Of a stretch of 55,875 nt of DNA, positions 38,094 to 46,526 are shown in pieces. The notes beneath the pieces are model-generated. The model did not search any database and was not told where the DNA came from. It saw nothing but the letters and a program-made list of their open reading frames with translations. The translations under genes were made by a program, and so were the position numbers. How positions within the stretch are numbered: position 1 is the stretch's first letter; each line of letters starts with the position of its first letter. Source of the stretch: Desulfurococcales archaeon (GTDB lineage: Archaea; Thermoproteota; Thermoprotei_A; Sulfolobales; NBVN01). The stretch spans positions 1 through 55,875 of the forward strand of contig JALWQN010000084.1 of assembly GCA_027083115.1 (NCBI GenBank), given 5' to 3'.

Positions 38094-38419
38094 AAGTTAT
38101 TGAAGATATAGGAGACGTTAAGAAACTCATCTACGGGAATGAAGTAACCTTAGTCGCTATTGTTGACGGATCGACAGAAAGGAGTTCCTTAATTATGGAA
38201 ATAATGAGATCTGTTGAAGAGGCCTTCAGGGGAAAAATAAAGGTAGTTATTAGTAAGGTGAACACCCTAAGGAAAGGTGAGGCAGCTGTTACGCTTTACA
38301 TTAAGGGCGAGGAAGTGATGAGGCAAGTTATGTTTTTAGGAGACACACATAGAGATAAGGAATTGATTAAATGGAGCGTAAGAGAGATCCTAAGGAACTA
38401 TAGAGCTAAGACTCCCTAA
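38090..38419 (+). CDS. Hypothetical protein, possibly a thioredoxin-like fold without CxxC
   Basis: 109 aa. ATGA overlap with the upstream gene. No catalytic cysteines. Confidence 0.35.
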   Translation: MKVIEDIGDVKKLIYGNEVTLVAIVDGSTERSSLIMEIMRSVEEAFRGKIKVVISKVNTLRKGEAAVTLYIKGEEVMRQVMFLGDTHRDKELIKWSVREILRNYRAKTP

Positions 38420-38432
38420 TACCTTACAGTTT

Positions 38433-38807
38433 TCACTCGTTTAAATAATTATCATAAAGGCTATATAGAAAGTCCGATGTTACCTTTCCCTTATTTATCT
38501 GAATGCCTTCAAGCAATAAAAGCTGTCTTTTAAAGTCAGGGTTAAGGCGACCCATCCATGTATATCCTCCTACATTATCATCACTTCTAACTACCCTGTG
38601 ACAAGGGACAACAATTGGTTGATCATTAAGCCTCAATAAAGCACCAACCACCCTAGGCGATGTCTTAAGTAATCTTGACAGATCTTTATAAGTAGTTACT
38701 TTACCTAAAGGAATCAGCTGAAGCAGCGCCTTCACTATCTCCAAGTAGACACTCTTATCACAAGTAGGCTTCAGATAACCTTTATTCAGTTTTATACATG
38801 GTATCAT
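38433..38807 (-). CDS. ogt: Methylated-DNA--protein-cysteine methyltransferase family protein (short form)
   Basis: VTTYKDLSRLLKTSPRVVGALLRLNDQPIVVPCHRVVRSDDNVGGY with an intact PCHRV active site. Confidence 0.8.
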   Translation of the reverse strand: MIPCIKLNKGYLKPTCDKSVYLEIVKALLQLIPLGKVTTYKDLSRLLKTSPRVVGALLRLNDQPIVVPCHRVVRSDDNVGGYTWMGRLNPDFKRQLLLLEGIQINKGKVTSDFLYSLYDNYLNE

Positions 38808-39043
38808 TTGGTAATGCCTTCACCATTAGGGTCCAAGGCCTTCTTAGAAATTATGATGATCCTACCGTTTTCCTCATCTCTCTCAACAACGAAATCTATC
38901 CCCCACCTTTCAACCATCCTCTTAGGGAGGTACATGTTTAGGGGTAGAGTGTAGTACTCGTAAGTGTAAGTTTTTCCGTTAACTACTTTCTTACCTAATA
39001 CCTTCCTGGCTGACGCAGGACGCCTCATCACTTTCGCAACCAC
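38804..39043 (-). CDS. Hypothetical small protein (possible AbrB/SpoVT-like DNA binder)
   Basis: 79 aa. GKTYTYEYYTLPLNMYLPKRMVERWGIDFVVERDEENGRIIIISKK. ATGA-type overlap with ogt. Confidence 0.4.
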   Translation of the reverse strand: MVAKVMRRPASARKVLGKKVVNGKTYTYEYYTLPLNMYLPKRMVERWGIDFVVERDEENGRIIIISKKALDPNGEGITK

Positions 39044-39100
39044 TTCCTCACTCTTTGAGGAACGCTATTTAAGCGTTAATTAATTTAAGTACTTTAAATT

Positions 39101-40642
39101 TTAGTCGTACCTGAATCTGAAGATAGGCGCATCCTGAACATAATTCTTACGCAATTGTAAAGCAATTGCTGCCTTACTTAGTTCGAACCCTAAATAAAGT
39201 GAGTGCTCTGGAGAGAGACCCTGTTCTTTTGTTAGGGCCCTACCTAAGCTTAAAATATCTTTCCCCCTATACCGCTTAATGACCTTATGCGTTGTTGATG
39301 AATGAACGTCGACAATGACATCCCTTCTGTCCTTATCCACGTATATCTTCAGGTATATTTTCTCATCCAGTTTTAAGGGAATGAATTCCCTGATCGTTAC
39401 TAAAGGCACTTCCTTGCTTAATTCGGGTGGCTTAATAGTTATATCTCTCTTATCTTTAACCACTAGCAAATCAAGCCCTACATCAATCGGTGGAGACTTT
39501 CGAACGCTTGCCCTATATGACATTTCTCTTGAGATGCTTGACTCCTCAATTACTCCTTGAGCTTTATTGCTCGATTCAGTAACTAAAATAGCTGAAGCTC
39601 CTAACTCATAGGCTAAAGAAACAAGTAAAGCTGTGGCACCTGGCGTATCAGCATCAATAAGTTCGTAAACATTAGGCATTCCAAAAAGGTGAGGGAGATT
39701 GATGTCTTTGATGGATCGTGCGAAGCGAACTAAGCTCTCACTTAACCCCAAGAGTGGCGGCCTAACTAAAGGATCCACAATCACTTTCTGGATCCCTACC
39801 CTTAACGCTTCCGAAATCACCAAAGACAGGCTCTCCAGGGTTGACTGAGGTTCTTTGGTTTCCTGAGGGATTACTACAACACCCGAGCCCTCCTTAAGAT
39901 ACTTACTGACTGTATACAGATTGCTTAAATTAACATTCATAACTAAGTCAACACTACTTAATACATCCTTGCTTAATCCTTCGTATTCTAGGGCATCAAC
40001 ACCAACTATAAGTCCCTCATTCTCAATTAATTCCGCATAACTGAAGAATTGTCGAGGGCTCTTATGTCCGGACTCATAGCCTAAAATGACACCCTCAAAC
40101 CCCCTTCTCTTAAGTCTACCTAAAGGGAGTTTCGTTCGTGGCGAATTACTTATGATGTGCTCGTAAAGAAGTATTAGGGGAGGAGGCCTTAAAGGAACCT
40201 TAGTTCTTGAGAGCCAAAAGAACGCTTCCTTAGACTCAATGACTTTCTTAACCCTGGAGGAGAGAGTTAAATAAAGTTCCTTCTTAATTATCGCGTCTGC
40301 AGGTAATTTAGGCGAAAAAACAATTCCTTGATCTAAATACTTAATCATTTCAGGCAAATCACCAACATACATAGTTCCCTTAACTGCAGGAACCCCTGAA
40401 GCCTCAGAAATTACTGAAGCAGAACCCCTTACTAAACCAGGAAGAATTATGAGGTCATAATCCCTGAACTTAATACCACTTCTTAACAACTCCCTTAGTA
40501 AAGATTCCGTAGTTGATAAGCATGCTACCTGAGCTGAGGACCTGAAAACCTTAAAACTATGTTTACTGCTCTTCTCAAGAACTTTTAGAACATCCCTAAG
40601 CAAGCTATCTCCTGAAACAGTTGTCACAAGCAATATATTCAT
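39101..40642 (-). CDS. Dihydropteroate synthase-like protein (pterin-binding barrel plus DUF4346-like C-terminal domain)
   Basis: 513 aa. VDLVMNVNLSN, KVIVDPLVRPPLLGL and a C-terminal KIYLKIYVDKDRRDVIVDV...EHSLYLGFELSKAAIALQLRKNYVQD resembling the DUF4346 signature (from memory). Confidence 0.5.
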   Translation of the reverse strand: MNILLVTTVSGDSLLRDVLKVLEKSSKHSFKVFRSSAQVACLSTTESLLRELLRSGIKFRDYDLIILPGLVRGSASVISEASGVPAVKGTMYVGDLPEMIKYLDQGIVFSPKLPADAIIKKELYLTLSSRVKKVIESKEAFFWLSRTKVPLRPPPLILLYEHIISNSPRTKLPLGRLKRRGFEGVILGYESGHKSPRQFFSYAELIENEGLIVGVDALEYEGLSKDVLSSVDLVMNVNLSNLYTVSKYLKEGSGVVVIPQETKEPQSTLESLSLVISEALRVGIQKVIVDPLVRPPLLGLSESLVRFARSIKDINLPHLFGMPNVYELIDADTPGATALLVSLAYELGASAILVTESSNKAQGVIEESSISREMSYRASVRKSPPIDVGLDLLVVKDKRDITIKPPELSKEVPLVTIREFIPLKLDEKIYLKIYVDKDRRDVIVDVHSSTTHKVIKRYRGKDILSLGRALTKEQGLSPEHSLYLGFELSKAAIALQLRKNYVQDAPIFRFRYD

Positions 40643-40701
40643 CTGACCTACCTAATTCATCAGACCATAGATTAAGTTAAAAACCTAAAACATCATTTTT
40701 A

Positions 40702-41022
40702 GTGACGGCGATGGTAATGCCCGAAAAAATCCCTGTCCTTAATCTAGAGGGGTACGCAATCAATGGAATGGTTAAGGACTTCAGGATGGTTGACTGCAAG
40801 AGCTCAGGTAAGCTGCGTATGAGTAAAGTTATTGCTACATTAAATTCTGATGAGGAGGTTGAGACAGAATGTATGGAATACACAAGAGCTGTGAGGATAT
40901 TCATCGTTCTAGAGAAGTATAAAGACTTAAGTAGCCCACTAATAAGTAAGGGATTGACGGAAGAGATGATGAAAGGTATTACATATGATATAGATCACAG
41001 AACCACAACCAAAAATGATTAA
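40702..41022 (+). CDS. Hypothetical protein
   Basis: 106-aa ORF with normal composition. The overlapping minus-strand ORF 40677..40904 is S/T/L/I-rich, which is typical of a shadow ORF. Confidence 0.35.
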   Translation: MTAMVMPEKIPVLNLEGYAINGMVKDFRMVDCKSSGKLRMSKVIATLNSDEEVETECMEYTRAVRIFIVLEKYKDLSSPLISKGLTEEMMKGITYDIDHRTTTKND

Positions 41023-41116
41023 GACACCAGACACTGATTTCCAGTCAGTTTATGTTGCCGTCATTCTCAGGCAAAGCCTATTAGTTATGCAATAAACACT
41101 TTCTCAGGTGCTTCGA

Positions 41117-41491
41117 ATGTCTAAAGAAAAAAAGAAATTTAGGATGACATTACCTAAGAGCGAAAGCGACTATGAAACTATAGAGAAAGAAATCCATGAA
41201 GAAGAGGAACCTTCTGAAACCGTTCAGGAAGCCTCCGGGATCGAAGCTTTTGGCGGGCCTGAGGACGCCACCGTACTTCTTTTAAATAGTATTGCTCACA
41301 CTCTTGGCCATATAGAGCTTGAGCTTAACAATCTAAACACATCAATCCAGGATCTTAAGGAAGGAATGGAAAACATAAGGAATACCCTGAAAACGCTAAC
41401 TAAAGCAATCCTTTATATTTCCTCATCATCCCCTGAAAAACTTAGGAAAACTATGTTGAGGAGTGTTTTGGAAGAACTTATAAACGAGTAA
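41117..41491 (+). CDS. Hypothetical acidic coiled-coil protein
   Basis: Start placed at ATG 41117 (CAGGTG-N6-ATG). No recognisable motif. Confidence 0.4.
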   Translation: MSKEKKKFRMTLPKSESDYETIEKEIHEEEEPSETVQEASGIEAFGGPEDATVLLLNSIAHTLGHIELELNNLNTSIQDLKEGMENIRNTLKTLTKAILYISSSSPEKLRKTMLRSVLEELINE

Positions 41492-41555
41492 ATCCTTCAT
41501 TAAAGCAAATATTTTTAACCTTGTTAACCTGCTACATTGGTTGGTTGTGAGTACT

Positions 41556-41831
41556 ATGAAATTCTGCCCAAAATGCGGAACGATGATGGTGCCTGTGAGA
41601 AAAGGAAACAAAGTGGTGCTTAAGTGTCCAAAATGTGGTTATGAGGAGGAACTAAAGGGGAAAGCCAAGGATTATAAAATAGAGATTAAGGAAACCTCAC
41701 AGAAAGTTAAGACAACATCAATAGTTAGTGAAAAGAAAGGCAAAGGCAGAGGGAAAGAAGAGTTAGAACAAGAAAAAGAAGATTACTATGAAGTGTTCTT
41801 GGATTTAATGAGTCAAGAGGAAGGAAGTTAA
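41556..41831 (+). CDS. TFS/RpoM N-terminal zinc-ribbon protein lacking the C-terminal catalytic ribbon
   Basis: MKFCPKCGTMMVPVRKGNKVVLKCPKCGYEEE matches the N-terminal ribbon of archaeal TFS/Rpb9-like proteins. The C-terminus is a K/E-rich tail with no second CxxC pair. Confidence 0.55.
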   Translation: MKFCPKCGTMMVPVRKGNKVVLKCPKCGYEEELKGKAKDYKIEIKETSQKVKTTSIVSEKKGKGRGKEELEQEKEDYYEVFLDLMSQEEGS

Positions 41832-41869
41832 AACCCTTAACAAAAATCTATCCTGGTTAAAAAAGCGTT

Positions 41870-41974
41870 GCGGGGGTGCCCGAGCAAGGTCAAAGGGGTC
41901 GGGCTCAGGACCACCGAAGGTGAGAGCCCCGATGGCGTAGGCCTGCGTGGGTTCGAATCCCACCCCCCGCACCA
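41870..41974 (+). tRNA. tRNA-Leu(CAG), class II, with a 17-nt intron next to the anticodon and a genomically encoded CCA
   Basis: Acceptor GCGGGGG/CCCCCGC, anticodon stem TCGGG/CCCGA, loop CTCAGGA (anticodon 41906-41908), intron about 41911-41927 containing a CACC-GAA-GGTG hairpin, long variable arm, T arm GTGGG-TTCGAAT-CCCAC, discriminator A then CCA. Confidence 0.9.
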
Positions 41975-42049
41975 AACAAAACGATTATTACACTCTAATG
42001 CTAAAGAACCTGAAAGTTCTGAGACCTTCAGGAAATGTTCAAAATAACC

Positions 42050-42433
42050 TCATTTTCTTTGTGATGTTGTACGTAAGGACTTTACTTTCCTTACTTTCTC
42101 CATAAGGTCTAGGAGTTCCTGCAATTCCTTAACAGTGTCCAGTAGATCCTTATCTCCTTGAATTATCTCGTTAACTATCCTGCTTAATTTTTGTGTGATT
42201 ATTTTCTCTAGCGTGCTGAGAACAGATTCAGTAACTGCTGAAATCGCTTCAGCCTCAGAACCAACTACTTTAACAGGTCCATGCACTGGGCAAACTATTT
42301 CTCCACTCTTGAGCTTAAAGAGCGGCAAACCACATACTGGACAGGTTTCTTCAAGCATAACAGCACCAGACCTTAAGAGCTCCGCCATCCGCTTCAATGC
42401 TTTCTGCTTATCATAGGCTGACACTCCACCCAC
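42050..42433 (-). CDS. UPF0148 / autoantigen p27-family zinc-ribbon protein
   Basis: KRMAELLRSGAVMLEETCPVCGLPLFKLKSGEIVCPVHG followed by a helical tail. Confidence 0.65.
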   Translation of the reverse strand: MGGVSAYDKQKALKRMAELLRSGAVMLEETCPVCGLPLFKLKSGEIVCPVHGPVKVVGSEAEAISAVTESVLSTLEKIITQKLSRIVNEIIQGDKDLLDTVKELQELLDLMEKVRKVKSLRTTSQRK

Positions 42434-42633
42434 CTTGATTATTTAGGTTCCTTAACCCTTAAAATAATGTACGAATTCGCTCTTGAGTGACTGCCTAACT
42501 CAGCTTGTTTTGAATGAAGCTTAATAATTGAGGTTGTTATATAATTCCTAGCTGTTTTAGGAGGTGAGGAACAATTTCAGCTATACCTCAAGATAAAAGA
42601 AGTGTTAATGAGGCAAAAATTAGGCAGGCCTTA

Positions 42634-42858
42634 ATGCTTCTCGAGAAAATAATAAGTGATTCCAGCGTACCAAGAAATATTAGGAGGGCTGCCATCGAAG
42701 CCATGAAAATGCTTAGAGATACCTCATTATCTCCTGGCGTTAGGGCTGCTAACGCCGTTAGCGTTCTTGACGAAGTAAGCCAAGATCCCAACATGCCCAT
42801 GCACACTAGAACAGCAATATGGAGCATAGTTGCTGTTTTATCAACAGTAAAGGATTGA
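42634..42858 (+). CDS. UPF0147 family protein. The true N-terminus probably starts at ATT 42574.
   Basis: [28 protein letters not shown]...[38 protein letters not shown] is the UPF0147 signature. About 20 in-frame codons upstream ([19 protein letters not shown]) resemble the family N-terminal helix and follow GGAGGTGA. Confidence 0.7.
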   Translation: MLLEKIISDSSVPRNIRRAAIEAMKMLRDTSLSPGVRAANAVSVLDEVSQDPNMPMHTRTAIWSIVAVLSTVKD

Positions 42859-42911
42859 TGAATCCAGCAACCATAAACCCGCTAAAACCCGTATGAGAGG
42901 ATGTAAGTATT

Positions 42912-44333
42912 ATGGCATATAGAGCTAGAGTTAGGGGAATTTATTCCACGGCCCTATCTAAGATCTTGGTCGATAACGGCATTGAATTAGTTGACGTTAC
43001 ACAGGTGATAGCTGACAGGCTTAAGATTGATGAAAGAAGAGGCCTACCTGCGGACGTAACCGTTAAGTCAGATGAGGAAGACCCCTCACAAATACTGGTC
43101 CTGGGTTTTCCTGAAGCCGTTGATGAAGTGCTAGATATCCTAACTAATGAAATTCCTGAAGTACTCACTTATGTGGCTAAGGTCGGGCTGTATTCTGCCT
43201 TCAAAGCCGAGATTCTTGGATTCGCTAATCATGCATGCATCGTTAAGACGCCAGTAGGTGAGGCTGTGCTTCTAGATGAGGAAGAATGTGTTAAAGGTAA
43301 GCAACTGCCTGTAACAACAATTAAAGTTCCTTTAAAACCAGGTGAAAAGTTGCTGGTTTCAAGCAAGCTTAGAGTCGTGGGTAAATACGCGATAGTTGGC
43401 AGAGGCACAAATGTCTCTTTCAGTAGCTTCATAAGGAATAAGGACCGAATTTCTAAATTACTTGAGATATCATCATCGATCGTAAGTCAAGGATATTCAA
43501 TAAGATGGAGAAGTAATGCTGATGAAGCCGAAATTAGCGAAATAATTAAGGAACTTCCGAACCTCATTGAGGAACTCAAGAAAGTTGAATCACGAGTTAA
43601 GAGCTCCAGCATGTTCGAGATGGTTTATTCAGGCGAGCATGTAGGAATTATTGAGTTAACCTATAACTCCAAAAAATTCCTGGATGAAGTTAGGGCAAAA
43701 GTAACTTCAACATCTCCTTACCATCACATGCTAAGAAGCCTTCGTGAAAAAGGAGAAGATGTTGTGGGATTACTTGACATAATTGCTGAGAATGTGAATA
43801 ATGAGAAACTAATTCTGTGGCTAAAGAAATGGATAACAAAACAGTTAAGTACGAGGAAAGACGTTATTGTTTATCATAAGAGACCTCTCAAGAAAAACAT
43901 ATCTTTAGGGAGAATGCAGCCACATACCGTGGCTACTGACGGGAACCTTACGTTAAAGCTAAAGAGAGAGATAAGGACTAAAGGAATCTACGATGGTTTA
44001 GAAATAAAGAAAGAGAAAGGAGATTACGCCATAACGACTCTTGCCGAAGGTAGATGGCATGTCGTACATGATTACTACAATAAGAATGGGTTGCATAAAG
44101 GGAGCTACATAAATATAAACACACCACCAGAAATACTTCCTAATGGATCGATTACGTATGTTGATTTAGGTGTTGATATTGTGAAGGCTGCGGGCGAAGG
44201 ATGTAGGCTTATTGATAGCGAAGAATTCAGGTCCTTAATTAAGGAAAGGGTAGTTAAAGGAGATATTGTTGAGAGAGTGATTAACGAAATAAATGAAGCT
44301 ATACTAGAATACTGCAGTGGCCTAGCAAAGTAA
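42912..44333 (+). CDS. fau-1: Probable ribonuclease FAU-1 (archaeal RNase E/G-like, DUF402)
   Basis: 473 aa. N-terminal RARVRGIYSTALSKILVDNGIELVDVTQVIADRL matches the FAU-1 N-terminal signature (RGIYATALTKLL.., from memory). Size fits. Confidence 0.7.
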   Translation: MAYRARVRGIYSTALSKILVDNGIELVDVTQVIADRLKIDERRGLPADVTVKSDEEDPSQILVLGFPEAVDEVLDILTNEIPEVLTYVAKVGLYSAFKAEILGFANHACIVKTPVGEAVLLDEEECVKGKQLPVTTIKVPLKPGEKLLVSSKLRVVGKYAIVGRGTNVSFSSFIRNKDRISKLLEISSSIVSQGYSIRWRSNADEAEISEIIKELPNLIEELKKVESRVKSSSMFEMVYSGEHVGIIELTYNSKKFLDEVRAKVTSTSPYHHMLRSLREKGEDVVGLLDIIAENVNNEKLILWLKKWITKQLSTRKDVIVYHKRPLKKNISLGRMQPHTVATDGNLTLKLKREIRTKGIYDGLEIKKEKGDYAITTLAEGRWHVVHDYYNKNGLHKGSYININTPPEILPNGSITYVDLGVDIVKAAGEGCRLIDSEEFRSLIKERVVKGDIVERVINEINEAILEYCSGLAK

Positions 44334-44924
44334 AGACAATTTTTCACATAAGACCTTCTTAATTGAGTTAATCACGTCATTTAAGCCTAAGGTACCGTCG
44401 ATCTCTATAAGCTCTCCCTTTCTAACTAGGTCCTTATATATGGCGCGAACATCTTTAATCACGCCTAGATCGTCTTCCAGGTACTCTAACCTAGTCGATG
44501 AGTTTGTCTTCCTCTTTAGCCCTAAATCTGGGGGAACATCTATATAGATTGCGATATCCGGCTTAAGAACAAATTTATTCACTGCCTTAATCCATGGGAT
44601 TTCAACCCCTCTAGCTCCTTGATAGGCCATTGATGAATAGTAATAGCGGTCACTTACAACAACTTTCCCCAGACTTAATGCTGGCTTTATGACTTCATTA
44701 ATATGATAGTACCGGTCAGCAGCCATCAGTAGAGTCTCCATTACACCACCTAAGGACCTACCGTATTTCTTAAGCATTTTCGTAAGGTCCTTCGTGTATG
44801 GCTCGTAAGTGTAGAGGGCCTGAATTCCTTCCTTAGTTAAGAGACTCACTATTTTCTTAGCTACAGTAGTTTTGCCAGCACCATCTATACCTTCCAACAC
44901 AATGAATGCCGAATCACGTCTCAA
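44322..44924 (-). CDS. tmk: Thymidylate kinase
   Basis: FIVLEGIDGAGKTT P-loop, DRYYYSSMAYQ. Confidence 0.85.
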   Translation of the reverse strand: MRRDSAFIVLEGIDGAGKTTVAKKIVSLLTKEGIQALYTYEPYTKDLTKMLKKYGRSLGGVMETLLMAADRYYHINEVIKPALSLGKVVVSDRYYYSSMAYQGARGVEIPWIKAVNKFVLKPDIAIYIDVPPDLGLKRKTNSSTRLEYLEDDLGVIKDVRAIYKDLVRKGELIEIDGTLGLNDVINSIKKVLCEKLSLLC

Positions 44925-45333
44925 TTATTAATTCACCCTCCTTAATGCATGCTCTACACCCCTTATATGAGACCAGACTCCTTGCTTGACAGTCTATTAA
45001 CTTATAGAGAGGGACCTCAGAAATTATTGACGCAATAATTGTTACTGGATCCTCTGAATTAACTACCATTGCTTTAGGTGCTTTATTGTATTTTCTGAGG
45101 GCGTAAATCACGTAAGAACCAACGGTGCTTCCGACAGCATTAGGAAAAACAAGTATTTTGTCCGCTAAAACCTCATTACCATGAAGTACTCCCGACTTAG
45201 GGTCAATGTCCCCTAAGTAAGAAATGGGTTCAGCTGAGGGTAAGAGTAAGCCACAAACTATGCTTCCACGCCCAGTGCCTAAGGAAATAACTTCCTTAAC
45301 TCTATAGGATTTCTTCAAGCTACCTACCCCCAC
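44914..45333 (-). CDS. Aconitase X swivel-domain protein (DUF126): phosphomevalonate dehydratase small subunit
   Basis: 139 aa, immediately downstream of and overlapping the DUF521 gene. GSIVCGLLLPSAEPISYLGDIDPKSGVL pattern. Confidence 0.65.
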   Translation of the reverse strand: MGVGSLKKSYRVKEVISLGTGRGSIVCGLLLPSAEPISYLGDIDPKSGVLHGNEVLADKILVFPNAVGSTVGSYVIYALRKYNKAPKAMVVNSEDPVTIIASIISEVPLYKLIDCQARSLVSYKGCRACIKEGELIIET

Positions 45334-46525
45334 AAAATTCCTTAAGGATCACCGAACGGTCTTTAATTAAAGCCCTAACTCCAGCAAGCTTCGGCAGATA
45401 ATAAAGCGCCTTTCCCGAATCGGTGATTACGTACTTAATACCTAAGAGATCAAGTCTAGTAACAACTGGACATGAATTATACAGTAGCCTAACCCCTTTA
45501 TCCCTCAGTTTATTCTCATACCTGTAAACCGCGTTTGCTGAGTAAGGGCCTGTTATTAACCATAATTCCTTGCTTTCATTACTTCTTTTTGGGCAATTAT
45601 TGAGCACGTAATTGATAATGCCTACTATTTCTTTAGTAGATAGATGAGGGCATCCAATGATATATACCGCATCCTCAGGGGATCTCGAGCCCTTAGTGAA
45701 GCTTAATTCTTCTGGAGAAAGACTTACGAAGATCTTAGATTTAAGGCCTGAATCGCTAAACAGTTTTCTATAGTGAGGGGTTACTCCCTCAATAACAACC
45801 ATCGGAGCCCCTGAAGTTGCGCCGAAAGCTGAAAGAAAAGCCCTTAACCAAGACTCGCTTACATTAGCTAATCCCTCAACATAAGGGATTCTGTCAGGGC
45901 AAGTTTCACCAACCTTATACCCCAATAAGGCAGACTCAACATAGTTAGCTGGTTTTTCGACACTTACATAGCATTTAGGTATTCTGCCGTCATACAGGTG
46001 AACCCCCGAAAAATATGTTTCCCCAACTATAGCTTCAAAAAAAGCTAATGGTCCTCCCTCCCTATTTGTGTGTGCCCCAATTATTGAGTTAGCATATAAA
46101 ACTGCATTACTTTCGGCCCAAGCAATGTGTTCCCCTACTGAGGGCCTACGTATATAGTAAGGTGCACAGGTGAAGGCTTTAGCACCCATTCTGGTTAATG
46201 CACGAATTATTTTTGACTGCTTCAGAATTACTTCTTCACTGAATCGTTTATTCCGGTAAGGCACTAAAATAGCGTAGGGGTTAGCTGTCGTGTATGTGGC
46301 AAATTTTGTTTCCGCATCAGCAAAGCCCTCAAGGAATTCGATACCAGGATCTCCAATGTTGAAATAAGAAATGCCCGAAATATGAACGTGATTGACCCTA
46401 ACCAACTTATTGGCACCGGAGACCTCGCCTACCTTTACCAAGGCCTTCATGGCTTTCTGAGGTATCTCACCATATTCGCCGTTAAATATAGCCTCCTCAT
46501 TCCTAGTTAAGTACAAGGTAGCCAC
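45320..46525 (-). CDS. Aconitase X catalytic-domain protein (DUF521): phosphomevalonate dehydratase large subunit
   Basis: 401 aa. The N-terminal LYLTRNEEAIFNGEYGEIPQKAMKALVKVGEVSGANKLVRVNHVHISG layout is typical of AcnX. Paired with a DUF126 gene and a UbiD-type gene. Confidence 0.7.
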   Translation of the reverse strand: MATLYLTRNEEAIFNGEYGEIPQKAMKALVKVGEVSGANKLVRVNHVHISGISYFNIGDPGIEFLEGFADAETKFATYTTANPYAILVPYRNKRFSEEVILKQSKIIRALTRMGAKAFTCAPYYIRRPSVGEHIAWAESNAVLYANSIIGAHTNREGGPLAFFEAIVGETYFSGVHLYDGRIPKCYVSVEKPANYVESALLGYKVGETCPDRIPYVEGLANVSESWLRAFLSAFGATSGAPMVVIEGVTPHYRKLFSDSGLKSKIFVSLSPEELSFTKGSRSPEDAVYIIGCPHLSTKEIVGIINYVLNNCPKRSNESKELWLITGPYSANAVYRYENKLRDKGVRLLYNSCPVVTRLDLLGIKYVITDSGKALYYLPKLAGVRALIKDRSVILKEFCGGR

Positions 46526-46526
46526 C

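Noticed and set aside
40677-40904. 75-aa minus-strand ORF overlapping the start of the 106-aa plus-strand ORF
   Set aside because: Its S/T/I/L-rich composition is typical of an antisense frame, while the plus-strand ORF has normal K/E-rich thermophile composition. Neither has a recognisable family, so even the plus-strand call is low confidence.
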